Shown: positions 51,995-62,171, counted from the stretch's first letter. The stretch is DNA of 64,000 nucleotides from Dehalococcoidia bacterium (GCA_963665775.2 CAXXTF010000002.1:448001-512000), one strand, 5' to 3'. Notes: generated by a model from the sequence alone, not told the origin. Translations and numbers: made by a program.

Positions 51995-52185
51995 CCTACC
52001 GCTGAGGGCGAGGGGAGGGAGTCGTCGGTGAGGGCGGCTTCGTGAAGAGAATCCGGCGCTGTTGCCTGGGCGTATCCTCTATAGCAACGATGTTCGATCG
52101 TTGCAGTTTCGGGGGCTGCGGTGGAGCACGATAGGACGGGCGGAGTGGCTGGCAGCCCATCCGCAGCCCCCTTCCTCCTCATGGC

Positions 52186-53421
52186 GTGAAAGTGTTGCTG
52201 ATGGATGCATCGAGAATGGTGCGGAGGCTAGTCTTCCTGGCGCCGGTGGCAGCGCTGGTGACAGCAGCCTGTCTGGGAGCTGGGGCGGGTGACGGCGACT
52301 CCGCCACTCCTCCTACGGACGAGGCTGGGAGTACGGAGAAGCCGACAGTGGTGGGCATACCGCCTGTGGTGGGCTGGGCCACGGACTGGACGAAGAGCAG
52401 CATCGATCTGAGGGAGCTGATCCTGGGCCTCCGTGCTCCAGACCCGCGAGATCTCATCTCGCCTCTGGACGCACCTACCTTTGAAACGGTAGAAGAGGCG
52501 TCCCAGTGGCTGGCGGATCGGGAGCCGGTGCTGCGGCTGGAGTTGGCTGGTGAGGTGCGGGCCTATCCCCTGCAGATCCTGACCAGGCACGAGATCGCGA
52601 ACGACCAGGTGGGAGATATCCCCATAGCCGTCACCTATTGCCCTCTGTGCAACAGCGCCTTGGTGTTCGAGCGCACGGTGGACGGGCGGGTGCTGCGGTT
52701 CGGCGTGTCCGGGTTGTTACGCAAGAGTGACCTGGTGATGTGGGACCGACAGACGGAGTCGCTGTGGCAGCAGATCACCGGCGAAGCGATCGTGGGCGAG
52801 CTGACCGGCACGCAACTTGAGTTCGTGCCGTCGTCGATCATCCGTTGGTCGGAGTTCAAGGAAAGCTTCCCTGATGGGCAAGTGCTCTCACGGAACACGG
52901 GCTTCCCACTCGCTTATTACAACCCCTACGTCGGCTACGACCAGGGCCGGATGGGCGCCTTCTTGTTCGACGGCGAGATCGACGAGCGCTTTCCGGCGTT
53001 CGAGCGGGTTGTGGGCCTGAGGGTAGGGGACACGACGAAGGCGTACCCCTTCAGCACTATCTCCGGGGAGCGCGCGGTCAACGACGACGTGGCCGGACAG
53101 CCCGTCCTGGTGTTATGGGGGGCCGAGGACACGGCCTCCGCTCTCGATAGCAGCGATATCGCCGAGGGCCGGTCAGTGGGGGTCGGGGTGGCCTACCTGC
53201 GGACGATGGAAGGCCAGCTGCTTACCTTCAAGGCTAACGGAGGCGACACCTTCGTGGACCTGGAGACGGGTACCACCTGGGACCTGCTGGGTAGGGCGAT
53301 AGCAGGGCCCCTGGAGGGGAAGCAACTGACAGCAGCGGTCCACACCAACGAGTTGTGGTTCGCCTGGGCTGCATTCAACCCGAACTCACCCGTGTACGGA
53401 GACGAGACGGCCAACACCTAG
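52186..53421 (+). CDS. DUF3179-family lipoprotein
   Basis: Lipobox TAAC; HEIAND, YCPLCNS, FGVSGLL and WFAWAAFNP motifs. Confidence 0.85.
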   Translation: MKVLLMDASRMVRRLVFLAPVAALVTAACLGAGAGDGDSATPPTDEAGSTEKPTVVGIPPVVGWATDWTKSSIDLRELILGLRAPDPRDLISPLDAPTFETVEEASQWLADREPVLRLELAGEVRAYPLQILTRHEIANDQVGDIPIAVTYCPLCNSALVFERTVDGRVLRFGVSGLLRKSDLVMWDRQTESLWQQITGEAIVGELTGTQLEFVPSSIIRWSEFKESFPDGQVLSRNTGFPLAYYNPYVGYDQGRMGAFLFDGEIDERFPAFERVVGLRVGDTTKAYPFSTISGERAVNDDVAGQPVLVLWGAEDTASALDSSDIAEGRSVGVGVAYLRTMEGQLLTFKANGGDTFVDLETGTTWDLLGRAIAGPLEGKQLTAAVHTNELWFAWAAFNPNSPVYGDETANT

Positions 53422-53677
53422 CCGGGCCGGAGGATCTTCGGCAGCAGGCTCCTCGCGGCCGCTGGGTACCAAGGGCTTGATCCTTGGCGAGTTGATCCAG
53501 GTAGCAACGTCGTTGCAGTAGGGCCGCACAAGGATGCTGCCGCCGACCACGATCACGGCTATCCGCGTAAGGGAATCCGCGTCCGCGATGACGGCGGATA
53601 CGACGACGCCAACGCTGATGGCAGCCGTAAGAGGCTAGAGGCTGGGTCGTTGAAACGATTGTGTCGTATTCTCAGAC

Positions 53678-54190
53678 CTACTCGACGATGACGGTGCCGG
53701 TCATCTCGGTGGGGTGAAAGTCACATCGGAAATCGAAGGTGCCAGGCTCCTCAGGTGCGGTCCAAGTGAGGACGGCGCTGTCACCGGGACTGAGGGCGGC
53801 GGGGTCTGAGCACGGTTCGTCGCCGCCGACTTCGCACAATGTGGCGTCGAATGTATTGTCGGTGCCTGCAATGTGCATGTTGTGCAGGGACTGGCCGTTG
53901 TTCGTGAGGTTAAAGGTTAGTTGCTGGCCGGGGCTGACGGTGAACTCGTCGGCCTCGAAGAAGTTGTCGCCCTGCTACACATCGAAAGTGGCGGGCCCAG
54001 CCGGTGTCGGCGTAGCGGTGGCGGCCGGTGTGGGTGTCTCGGTGGGCGTTGGCGTCGCCGTGCTGGTCGGTGTCCCGCCGTCTCCGTTATCGTCGCCGCC
54101 ACAGGCGGCGGCCACGAGCGCGAGGGCGAGGATAACGATGGCGGGGATGAGGAAGCTCCTCAGCCTACGGTCGGCTATTGGTTTGGGCAC
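53678..54190 (-). pseudogene. Cupredoxin (type-1 copper) lipoprotein interrupted by an in-frame TAG at 53975-53977
   Basis: Lipobox AAAC and PT linker, then TFDV*QGDNFF..HNMH..FRCDFHPTEM, all in one frame. Confidence 0.8.
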
Positions 54191-54230
54191 GCGGTCATAC
54201 CTCCCTTAGGGCGATGGTGCTGGCACATCA

Positions 54231-55145
54231 TCACAGGAGAGTATCCACCATGACCGCCACGAAGAGCAAGGCCAAGTAATAGAGGGAATACTTGAAGAGG
54301 CGGAGGGCGTGGTGGTTCGATGGCTCGCGCCAGAGCCTGTAGGCGAGGAAGACGAACGGACCACCCAGCGCGAGCGAGGCTCCCAGGTAGAGGTATCCGA
54401 TCGCCGAGCTGGTCACCAGTAGCGTGGAGACCACGACCAGGAGAATGGCGTAGACGAGGATATGGACGGTTGTTTCGTGGACCCCGCGGGTGAGCGGAAG
54501 CATAGGCACGCCCGCTCGCTCGTAGTCCGATGAGTAGACCAGGGCCAGGGCCCAGAAGTGAGGCGGCGTCCAGATGAGGATGATGCCGAACAGGATGAAG
54601 GCGGGCAGATCGAGGGAGCCGGTGACGGCCGCCCAACCCACGAGAGGAGGCATGGCGCCGGCAGCACCCCCGATCACGATGTTCTGGGCTGTGGTGCGTT
54701 TGAGCCAGACCGTATAGATGATGATATAGAAGGTGTTGGCTCCCAGCGCCAGCAGGGCGGCCAGGGTGTTGACGAAGGCCTCCAGCGTAAGGACACCGGC
54801 GGCGCCCACAAGGAGGCCGAAAAGGAGGGCGTGCTCGGCCTCCAGGCGGCCCGCGGGCAGCGGTCGGCTGCGGGTGCGGTTCATCAGCCTATCGATGTCC
54901 CTGTCCAGGTAGCAGTTAATGGTGTTGGCCCCGCCGGCCGTGAGAGCGCCACCAACGAGGGTGATGGCGATGAGCCATAAAGACGGGATTCCCGCCGCCG
55001 CCAACACCATGGCAGGCACCGTCGTGACAAGCAGGAGGACGATGATACGCGGTTTGGTGAGCCGCAGGTAGGCGACGACGACCTCCCGCCACAAGCGGAG
55101 TCGAGGTCGGGGGATGAGGCCAGCTACCTGCGGTCCGACGGCCAT
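54231..55145 (-). CDS. ctaB: Protoheme IX farnesyltransferase (heme O synthase)
   Basis: LTKPRI, DRDIDRLMNRTRSRPLP and WTPPHFWAL motifs. Confidence 0.96.
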   Translation of the reverse strand: MAVGPQVAGLIPRPRLRLWREVVVAYLRLTKPRIIVLLLVTTVPAMVLAAAGIPSLWLIAITLVGGALTAGGANTINCYLDRDIDRLMNRTRSRPLPAGRLEAEHALLFGLLVGAAGVLTLEAFVNTLAALLALGANTFYIIIYTVWLKRTTAQNIVIGGAAGAMPPLVGWAAVTGSLDLPAFILFGIILIWTPPHFWALALVYSSDYERAGVPMLPLTRGVHETTVHILVYAILLVVVSTLLVTSSAIGYLYLGASLALGGPFVFLAYRLWREPSNHHALRLFKYSLYYLALLFVAVMVDTLL

Positions 55146-55146
55146 A

Positions 55147-56088
55147 TTAGGATTCCTTCACCAGTACCGGTACGGGTGCGGTTTGGGTGACGTGGTAAGG
55201 CGCGACCCCGTAGTAAGCGGAGGCCGTCAGGATCACCAGGGAGGCCCAGATAGCGGCGGCGATCCCCAGGTGAGCGGCAGCCAGGGCCGGTTCGAGGCGG
55301 GACCAGACGTTGGCCGCGCCCACCATGACCTGCAGCGCGTACAGAGCGGGCGTCAAGGCGGCGGCGACCGTAAGGAGGCCGAAGCCCCTCTCATATCGCC
55401 AGGCCTGAACCGCCAGGGCGAGGACGAGAAAGCCCACGAACGCGGCTGCCAGGCGGTGAAGGAGATGGATGTTGGCCAGCCGCCCCCCCTCTGGCAAAAG
55501 GCTGCCGTTGAACAGGGGCCAATCAGAGAAGGCCAGCCCGGCGCCGGCGCCGGTCACGTAGGAGCCGGACAGGATGAGGGCGAAACTCCCCGCAGCGGCC
55601 ACCAGGGCCAGCGCTGGGAACCGGCTGGAGGTGGCCCTGGGTCTGGCACCCTCGTCCAGGAAGAATGTGGCGACGGTTGTGATCAGCAGCGTGGCCAGGA
55701 GGGCCAGGGCCAAAGCCAGGTGAGCGGTAACGATTTCGGCGGGGAGCTCCAGGTTGACGGTGACGCCTCCCAGCAGGACCTGAGCGATGAGCAGGACGAG
55801 GGCCAGGCCGGCGGGGACGAGAACCGTCATCTGCGTCCGGTATGAGCGCCAGGCACCGATGGTGGAGGCGAGGATCAGAAAGCCCACAATCGTGGCGACC
55901 ATGCGGTGCGAGTATTCGATGAGTACCTCGCGCTCCAGGGGTGGGATCACCTGCCCGTGGCAGAGAGGCCAGTCGGGACAGCCCAGCCCTGACTCGGTGA
56001 TGCGAACGACTCCGCCCAGTATGATGAGGGCGAAGGTGGCGATGGACGTAACTATGAGGAGCTTCTGATAGCCGTTGGTACGAATCAT
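55147..56088 (-). CDS. ctaA: Heme A synthase
   Basis: GLGCPDWPLCHG, IEYSHR and HLLHR motifs. Confidence 0.93.
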   Translation of the reverse strand: MIRTNGYQKLLIVTSIATFALIILGGVVRITESGLGCPDWPLCHGQVIPPLEREVLIEYSHRMVATIVGFLILASTIGAWRSYRTQMTVLVPAGLALVLLIAQVLLGGVTVNLELPAEIVTAHLALALALLATLLITTVATFFLDEGARPRATSSRFPALALVAAAGSFALILSGSYVTGAGAGLAFSDWPLFNGSLLPEGGRLANIHLLHRLAAAFVGFLVLALAVQAWRYERGFGLLTVAAALTPALYALQVMVGAANVWSRLEPALAAAHLGIAAAIWASLVILTASAYYGVAPYHVTQTAPVPVLVKES

Positions 56089-56266
56089 CCGGCTCCGTTC
56101 CCCTGGAGCGCTTTGGGCAGGCTGGTTGGAGCGCGCCGGGCGCGGACGGCGACGCCTAGGCGACGCATCTGGGCACCTTCTCGCTGGAACCAGAGACGGA
56201 GCATGGAGCCTGAGTTCCTTTCCTGGCGCGACCAACGACCGTTGTGTATGGGACTCCTTCGCTCCA

Positions 56267-56294
56267 ATTATCATAATCGAGGAATTCATGTCAA
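56267..56294 (-). promoter_or_regulatory. Putative sigma70 promoter of ctaAB
   Basis: TTGACA-16 bp-GATAAT. Confidence 0.45.
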
Positions 56295-56434
56295 GGAACA
56301 CAGTAGAGATGAAATCGGGTCAGGACACGGGTAATCGCCGCCCTGGTGTCCTCGTCTATAATGGCGGCGAGATTGACCGGGTAGGGTGTCCGTGGTAGCC
56401 TAAAGTGTAGACGCCACACTAAGTCATTATCACG

Positions 56435-58171
56435 ATGCATAAGCTGAGAGTCGGTCTGGCCCAGATCAACACCACGGTTGGGGACCTGGAAGGGAACGTC
56501 CAGAAGGTCCTGGCGTACCTGGATCGCGCCCGCGAGCTGGCGGTGGACGTGGTCTCCTTCCCGGAGCTGACGGTGACCGGCTATCCGTCGGAGGACCTTC
56601 TGCTGCGACCCAGCTTCGTGCGGGATAACCTGGCTGCCCTGCAGTCGGTGGTCCGTGGCTGTAGCGGGATCACGGCTGTCCTGGGGTTCGTCGACCTCGA
56701 CGATGGCGACATCTATAACGCGGCGGCGGTCATCCACGACGGCAGGCTGGCCGGGGTGTACCACAAGCAATACCTCCCGAACTACGGGGTGTTCGACGAG
56801 TTCCGCTACTTTCGCTCCGGCACCGAAAACCCGGTGTACACAGTGGCCGGGGTCGGTGTTGGGATCAACGTCTGCGAGGACATCTGGTACCCCGGGGACC
56901 CTACGCGGGCTCAGGCGTTCGGGGGGGCGCAGGTGATCATCAACATCAACGGCTCGCCGTATCACGCAGGGAAGCGCCGCTTCCGCCAGCAGATGCTGGC
57001 GACGCGGGCCAGCGACTACGGCATATTCGTCTGCTACACGAACCAGGTGGGCGGCCAGGACGAGCTCGTGTTCGATGGCGGGTCGATGGTGCTGAACGCC
57101 GCTGGGGAGGTAGTGGCGCGGGCGGCGATGTTCGAGGAGGAGCTGCTGGTATGCGATCTGGACGTGGAGGAGGCGCTGAGGAGGCATCTCCACGACCCGC
57201 GCCAGCGGCGGGAGCGAACCGCCTACGCGGCGGCGCAAGAGGCGCCGCGCTCGCTCCTGAGCGAGGCCCCGTTCGTCACCGATAAGGCCTCGTTGGCACC
57301 GCGCCTGGCGCCCGCCCCAGAGGAAGAAGCGGAGGTCTACGCTGCCCTGGTGACGGGCACCGGGGACTATCTCCGAAAGACCGGCTTCGATAAGGCCGTT
57401 ATCGCTCTCTCCGGCGGTATCGATTCCAGCCTGGTGGCCACAGTGGCCGTGGACACTTTGGGCAAACAGAACGTCACCGGCGTAGCCATGCCCTCTCGCT
57501 ACTCCTCCGAGGGGAGCATCAAGGACGCCAGGGAGCTGTCTGACAACCTGGGAATCGAGTTCATGATCATCCCGATCGAACCGGCCCACGCGGCCTATCT
57601 GGAGATGCTGGAGGGACCCTTCGCCGGCGGCGAGTCGGGGGCTGCCGAGGAGAACATCCAGTCGCGCGTCCGGGGCAACATCATCATGGCCCTCTCCAAC
57701 CGATTCGGCTGGCTGGTGCTGACCACGGGGAACAAGAGCGAGATGGCCACCGGATACGCCACCCTGTACGGCGACATGGCCGGCGGGTTCGCCGTGATCA
57801 AGGACGTGCCGAAGACGTTGGTCTACCGGCTGTCGCGCTATCGGAACACGTCAGGGGAGCGACCCGTGATTCCGGCGAGCGTGCTTACCAAGCCGCCATC
57901 GGCGGAGCTGAAGCCGGATCAGCTCGATCAGGATACGCTACCACCGTACGAGCTGCTGGACCCGATCCTGGAGGCGTATGTGGAGGAAGACCGGAGTGTC
58001 GCGGAGATCGTGGCCCTGGGGTACGATTACGCCACCGTAGTGCGGGTGATCCAGATGGTGAACCGAAACGAGTACAAGCGGCGGCAGGCGCCGCCGGGGG
58101 TGAAGATCACGCCGCGGGCCTTCGGGCGGGACCGGCGGATCCCCATCGCCAACCGGTATCAGGGGTTCTAG
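56435..58171 (+). CDS. nadE: Glutamine-dependent NAD+ synthetase
   Basis: Nitrilase domain (FPEL, VCEDIW) plus SGGIDS, TGNKSE and PPSAEL motifs. Confidence 0.97.
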   Translation: MHKLRVGLAQINTTVGDLEGNVQKVLAYLDRARELAVDVVSFPELTVTGYPSEDLLLRPSFVRDNLAALQSVVRGCSGITAVLGFVDLDDGDIYNAAAVIHDGRLAGVYHKQYLPNYGVFDEFRYFRSGTENPVYTVAGVGVGINVCEDIWYPGDPTRAQAFGGAQVIININGSPYHAGKRRFRQQMLATRASDYGIFVCYTNQVGGQDELVFDGGSMVLNAAGEVVARAAMFEEELLVCDLDVEEALRRHLHDPRQRRERTAYAAAQEAPRSLLSEAPFVTDKASLAPRLAPAPEEEAEVYAALVTGTGDYLRKTGFDKAVIALSGGIDSSLVATVAVDTLGKQNVTGVAMPSRYSSEGSIKDARELSDNLGIEFMIIPIEPAHAAYLEMLEGPFAGGESGAAEENIQSRVRGNIIMALSNRFGWLVLTTGNKSEMATGYATLYGDMAGGFAVIKDVPKTLVYRLSRYRNTSGERPVIPASVLTKPPSAELKPDQLDQDTLPPYELLDPILEAYVEEDRSVAEIVALGYDYATVVRVIQMVNRNEYKRRQAPPGVKITPRAFGRDRRIPIANRYQGF

Positions 58172-58800
58172 TGGACGGAGCGAGCCGCAATATCGCTGCC
58201 GTCTTCTTCGACTTCGGCGGCGTCATCGACTCCCTAAACCAGGAGGAGATGAGCCAGCTGGAGGGGCGATACGGGTTGCCGGAGGGCGGGTTTCCGCAAG
58301 CGATGTACGAAATCCCAGAGTGGCGAGCGCTGGAGGTGGGAAAGGGCAGTGAGGAGGCCTGGCTGGAGGCCGCGGGACGCAAGCTGGACGAGCTGGCGGG
58401 TCGGCCCATCCCAGGCATCCGTGAGGAGTGGTCGCGGATTTCGCGCCGGCTGGACGCCCCAGTTGTGGATCTGGCGGAGCGACTGCGGCGACGCTATCGG
58501 GTGGGCCTGATCTCCAACGCTGCCTTGGACTTGGAGGATATCCTGCGCGATGATCTCCAGATCGACCACCTGTTCGAGGTGGTCGTCAACTCGGCGCGGG
58601 TGGGGATAGCTAAGCCGGACCCGCGCATCTTCCGCCTGGCCGCCGAGCGGGTGGGGCTGGAGCCAGCGGCTTGCCTGCACATCGACGACTTCTGGCCGAA
58701 CGTCCATGGCGCCCGGGAGGCGGGCTTCCAGGCCATCCACTATGATGGCGACTGCGCGGTGCTGGAGCGGGAGCTGCGGTCGCTGGGTGTGGAGTGGTAG
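58171..58800 (+). CDS. HAD-superfamily hydrolase
   Basis: FDFGGV, KPDPRIF and HIDD motifs. Confidence 0.9.
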   Translation: MDGASRNIAAVFFDFGGVIDSLNQEEMSQLEGRYGLPEGGFPQAMYEIPEWRALEVGKGSEEAWLEAAGRKLDELAGRPIPGIREEWSRISRRLDAPVVDLAERLRRRYRVGLISNAALDLEDILRDDLQIDHLFEVVVNSARVGIAKPDPRIFRLAAERVGLEPAACLHIDDFWPNVHGAREAGFQAIHYDGDCAVLERELRSLGVEW

Positions 58801-58872
58801 GAAAGCCCGAGGGCCGCGTTCAGCGGGAAAACGGGAATCTCTAAATAGTGTTGGCTAGGCCGCTCGTCTGTG

Positions 58873-58902
58873 TTGACAGGCTGCTCTGCCGTCTGGTAGG
58901 CT
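58873..58902 (+). promoter_or_regulatory. Sigma70 promoter of the Fe-S carrier gene
   Basis: TTGACA-18 bp-TAGGCT with a TGn extended -10. Confidence 0.55.
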
Positions 58903-58940
58903 GAAGATGCTGTATATAGGCTGAAGATGCTGTATATAGG
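58897..58940. repeat. Perfect 20-bp tandem duplication
   Basis: TAGG followed by CTGAAGATGCTGTATATAGG twice. Confidence 0.9.
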
Positions 58941-58969
58941 AAGTATAAACTAGAGAAAGAGGTGGAAGC

Positions 58970-59329
58970 ATGGTTAGCATCACTGATAAGGCTGCCGCCA
59001 AAGCAAAGGGTATGTTTGAGGAGAAGGGGATTAGTGGGGGCGCCCTTCGCGTGTTCGTGGTAGGCGGCGGCTGCTCCGGCTACTCCTACGGGATGGCGAT
59101 CGCCAAGGAGTTCGAGGAAGACGATCTGGTGTTCGAGGACGCCGGCGTGAAGCTCGTCCTCGATCCCGAGAGCGCCCCCCTGTTAGATGGCGCCGAAATC
59201 GACTACGTTGAGGACCTCATGAAGTCCGGCTTCACCATCAACAACCCCAACGCTGTCTCCTCCTGCGCCTGTGGCACCAGCTTCCAGACGGCTGAGGGTG
59301 GCGGTCAGGCAGCGGCCTGCTCCCACTAG
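58970..59329 (+). CDS. A-type Fe-S cluster carrier (IscA/ErpA/HesB)
   Basis: GGGCSGYSY and NPNAVSSCACGTSF motifs. Confidence 0.95.
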   Translation: MVSITDKAAAKAKGMFEEKGISGGALRVFVVGGGCSGYSYGMAIAKEFEEDDLVFEDAGVKLVLDPESAPLLDGAEIDYVEDLMKSGFTINNPNAVSSCACGTSFQTAEGGGQAAACSH

Positions 59330-59349
59330 ACTCCGTATAGGGACACATG

Positions 59350-59378
59350 AGGGCCCGATGCCAAGCGTCGGGCCCTTT
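59350..59378 (+). terminator. Rho-independent terminator
   Basis: GGGCCCGATGC-CAA-GCGTCGGGCCC followed by TTT. Confidence 0.7.
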
Positions 59379-59467
59379 AACGTTGGGGGCTGAACCGGAC
59401 TCGATATCGGCTGGCCAGCGTTCGATGGGCCGGCCACGAGGGTAACCACTCGCAGGGCGGAGGAGCC

Positions 59468-59917
59468 ATGGCTTACTGGATCGTCGTTTGCTCGGAGGAG
59501 AACATGCGGATCGCCGAGGCGCGGGGTTTCGACATCTTCGGCTTCAAAAGCACCCGCTCGCGGCAGGCCGCCCAGATCAAACCCGGCGATAAGCTGATCT
59601 TCTATCTGACCGGCATCATGAAGTTCGGCGGCCTGGCCACCGTCACCTCGGACTCCTTCGAGGATCACAGGCCCCTATTCAAGAGCAAGAAGCCAAGCGA
59701 GGACTACCCCTTCCGGGTGCGGACGCAGGCCGACGTGATCCTGGAGGTTGAGCAGTACCTGGATGTCAGGGAGATCGCGCCGCAGTTGCAGTATCCGAAG
59801 AAATGGCCGCCGGAGCACTGGCGGCTCGCCTTCCAGGGGAACCTGCATCAGATTCCGGAAGAGGATTACGAGCTGATCGTCTCGCTGACGCGACAGGCGG
59901 TGGCGGTCAGGACGTAG
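59468..59917 (+). CDS. EVE-domain (PUA-like) protein
   Basis: YWIVV..IKPGDKLIFY..YPFRV..IPEEDYELI pattern. Confidence 0.85.
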   Translation: MAYWIVVCSEENMRIAEARGFDIFGFKSTRSRQAAQIKPGDKLIFYLTGIMKFGGLATVTSDSFEDHRPLFKSKKPSEDYPFRVRTQADVILEVEQYLDVREIAPQLQYPKKWPPEHWRLAFQGNLHQIPEEDYELIVSLTRQAVAVRT

Positions 59918-60024
59918 GAGATGCTTCAGCCCCTTTCTCGGCCTTATTCGTGACAGACTGGCCCCCCGGCCATCGCAACCTCCCGATTGCCAGGCAGTCC
60001 ACTATCCGATAAGCTGAACCCACC

Positions 60025-60969
60025 ATGAGCGACGGCCAATCCTATCCTATCGCCGCGCCACCTATCCCCGAGATCGCCGCCGAACCCACCACCTTTCGCG
60101 ATAAGCTGGCGGCAGGGCGCTTCGTGGTCTCCGTGGAGGTGGACCCGCCCCATGGCCTCAGTGCTCGGAGCGCTCTCCAGGGGGCATCCCTCTTGAAGGG
60201 TGTGGGTGTGGACGCAATCAACGTGGGGGACAGCCCTACGGCCAAGGTGCGCATGTCTCCCCTGGCCATGTCGGTGCTCCTCCAGCGAGAGCTGGGGGTG
60301 GAGATCGTCATGCACTATACGACGCGGGACCGGAACGCCATGGCGATACACTCGGATATGGTGGGCGCCCACATCCTGGGCATCCGCAGCGTCCTCTGTC
60401 TGCGGGGCGACCCGCCCTCCGTGGGCGGCTATACCGATGTGGTCGGCGTCTGGGACGTGAGCGCGGTGGGGCTGATGCGCTTCCTCAAGCTTCTGAACGA
60501 CGGGGTGGACTTCACCGGCAAGTCCATCGGCCGGCAGGCGTCCTTTTTTGTCGGTGCCGCCGCTAACCCCAACGCGAATCCGCTGGAGCCGGAGCTGCGG
60601 TTGATGCGACGCAAGGTGGAGGCCGGAGCCCACTTCTTCATGACCCAGAATCTGTTCGACGAGAAGATCTTGGAGAACTTCCTGGAGAAATCCGCCCGCT
60701 TCGGGCGGCCGATCATCGTGGGCCTCCTTCCCCTGAGCAACACTCGCCACGCCGAGTTCCTGCATCGAGAAGTGCCGGGCATGTACCTGCCGGATTCCGT
60801 TCGCGACCGGATGCGTCGCGCCGGCGAGGAGGGTGGTCCCAGGGAGGGCCAGGCGATGGCCCGAGACTTCATCGCCCTCTGCCGCGAGAAGGCCGCAGGC
60901 GTCTATCTGGTCCCCGCATTCGGACGGTATGATCTCATCGCCGAGCTGGTCTCGGAAGCGAAGTCCTAA
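60025..60969 (+). CDS. metF: Methylenetetrahydrofolate reductase (similar to the YitJ C-terminal domain)
   Basis: VEVDPP, DSPTAKVRMS, HYTTRDRN, GDPP, KVEAGAHFFMTQ and EVPG motifs. Confidence 0.85.
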   Translation: MSDGQSYPIAAPPIPEIAAEPTTFRDKLAAGRFVVSVEVDPPHGLSARSALQGASLLKGVGVDAINVGDSPTAKVRMSPLAMSVLLQRELGVEIVMHYTTRDRNAMAIHSDMVGAHILGIRSVLCLRGDPPSVGGYTDVVGVWDVSAVGLMRFLKLLNDGVDFTGKSIGRQASFFVGAAANPNANPLEPELRLMRRKVEAGAHFFMTQNLFDEKILENFLEKSARFGRPIIVGLLPLSNTRHAEFLHREVPGMYLPDSVRDRMRRAGEEGGPREGQAMARDFIALCREKAAGVYLVPAFGRYDLIAELVSEAKS

Positions 60970-60977
60970 CGCGGTAA

Positions 60978-61005
60978 GGCTATAGCTCCCGGTAAAGCTA
61001 TAGCC
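60978..61005. terminator. Intergenic hairpin
   Basis: GGCTATAGCT-8 nt-AGCTATAGCC, with no strong U-tract. Confidence 0.4.
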
Positions 61006-61058
61006 CTAGGAAGGCGCCCACGAGCCGTCCCCCTGCGGGCCACGAGAAGGGAAGCCCT

Positions 61059-61586
61059 ATGACCGAGTATGAGCAAGAGATCAAGCAGGTCATGGACGAG
61101 ATGCCGTATGGCCTGTACATCCTCGGTTCGAGGATGGACGGCGAAGTCAACGGCATGTTGGCCGACTGGGTGATGCAGGTCTCCATGAGTCCGCGGCTAC
61201 TGTCCGTCTCGTTCGAGAACGACGCTCGCACCCTTCAGAACGTCCGGGAGAGCGGCATCTTCACTGTGAACATGCTTTCGCAGGATCGCGATGGCATGGA
61301 CTTGGCCGCAAAGTTCGTGCAGCCTTATTACGGTGACAAAGTGAAGGGCCGCAAGGCAGCCGCTTCTGAGGAGATCCATCGCAAGCTGGCAGAGGTTCCC
61401 CATACGAAGAGCGAGCGCGGCTGCCCGATCCTGGAAGCGGCAATGGCCTGGCTGGAGTGCGAGGCAGAGCAGTTCCTGCCGGTTGGGGATCACACCCTGG
61501 TCATCGCCAGAGTAGTGGATGGGCGAGTCGTCCGTGCGGAGGAGCCCCTGACCTCCCTCTTCACGGGCTACACCTACAGCGGCTAA
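61059..61586 (+). CDS. Flavin reductase-like protein
   Basis: PYGLYILG, WVMQVS, AWLECE and GDHTLVIARV motifs. Confidence 0.9.
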   Translation: MTEYEQEIKQVMDEMPYGLYILGSRMDGEVNGMLADWVMQVSMSPRLLSVSFENDARTLQNVRESGIFTVNMLSQDRDGMDLAAKFVQPYYGDKVKGRKAAASEEIHRKLAEVPHTKSERGCPILEAAMAWLECEAEQFLPVGDHTLVIARVVDGRVVRAEEPLTSLFTGYTYSG

Positions 61587-61601
61587 CCGCGCCGGAGCTG
61601 T

Positions 61602-62171
61602 CTAGCCCTCCTCTCCCTCTAACCTCGCGGCCTCGGCCATCCGCTCCTTGAGCTGGCGCACCTGCCACAGGTGCTCGAGGTCGTGCTGGGCTAGCTCCCG
61701 CGCGATCTGCCTCAGGGTCAGCGGTCCGCGATAGGGATGCTCCGCTGCTCGCATCCACTCCTCGTCCATCAGCCCCCACAGAAGGGAGATCGTCTCACGG
61801 CGGCGGCGGCGGAACTCTGTCAGGAGAAGCGACAGGTTCGCGGCCCGGTAGTCGCGTTCCAGAGGCAGCACGTCGACGTCCCAGATCGGCAAGGGGCCCG
61901 GCGCGCCCGAGTCGATGGCGGTCATCTGGGCCAGCGCCAACTCCTCAGCATTTCGGAGGTGGGCCGCCGTATCGCGCAGGCACCACTCGTCGGCGGCTGG
62001 CCGCCACGAGAGCTGGCCTCCCGCCAGTCCGCGGAACTCGGCGAGCAGCGATCCGCTCGTCTCCCGCAGCGCCTTCAAAACCCAGCCTTGGGCGGCTCTC
62101 TCCTCCAGCACATCGCTATTGTAACGGGTCAGCCTCCCAGCCGAGGGCGGCTGTCCGTCTACCGTCATCAT
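61602..62171 (-). CDS. DinB/YfiT-family protein
   Basis: EWCLRDTAAHL and HDLEHLWQ motifs. Confidence 0.88.
   Translation of the reverse strand: MMTVDGQPPSAGRLTRYNSDVLEERAAQGWVLKALRETSGSLLAEFRGLAGGQLSWRPAADEWCLRDTAAHLRNAEELALAQMTAIDSGAPGPLPIWDVDVLPLERDYRAANLSLLLTEFRRRRRETISLLWGLMDEEWMRAAEHPYRGPLTLRQIARELAQHDLEHLWQVRQLKERMAEAARLEGEEG

Noticed and set aside
56291-57589. Long antisense ORFs (also 7622-8746, 34940-36004, 43574-44617)
   Set aside because: These are shadow ORFs of high-GC genes that overlap well-supported CDSs and carry no motifs.
58970-59329. HesB-like, ResA and DUF3179 genes as further selenoproteins
   Set aside because: All their redox motifs use Cys codons, with no in-frame TGA.
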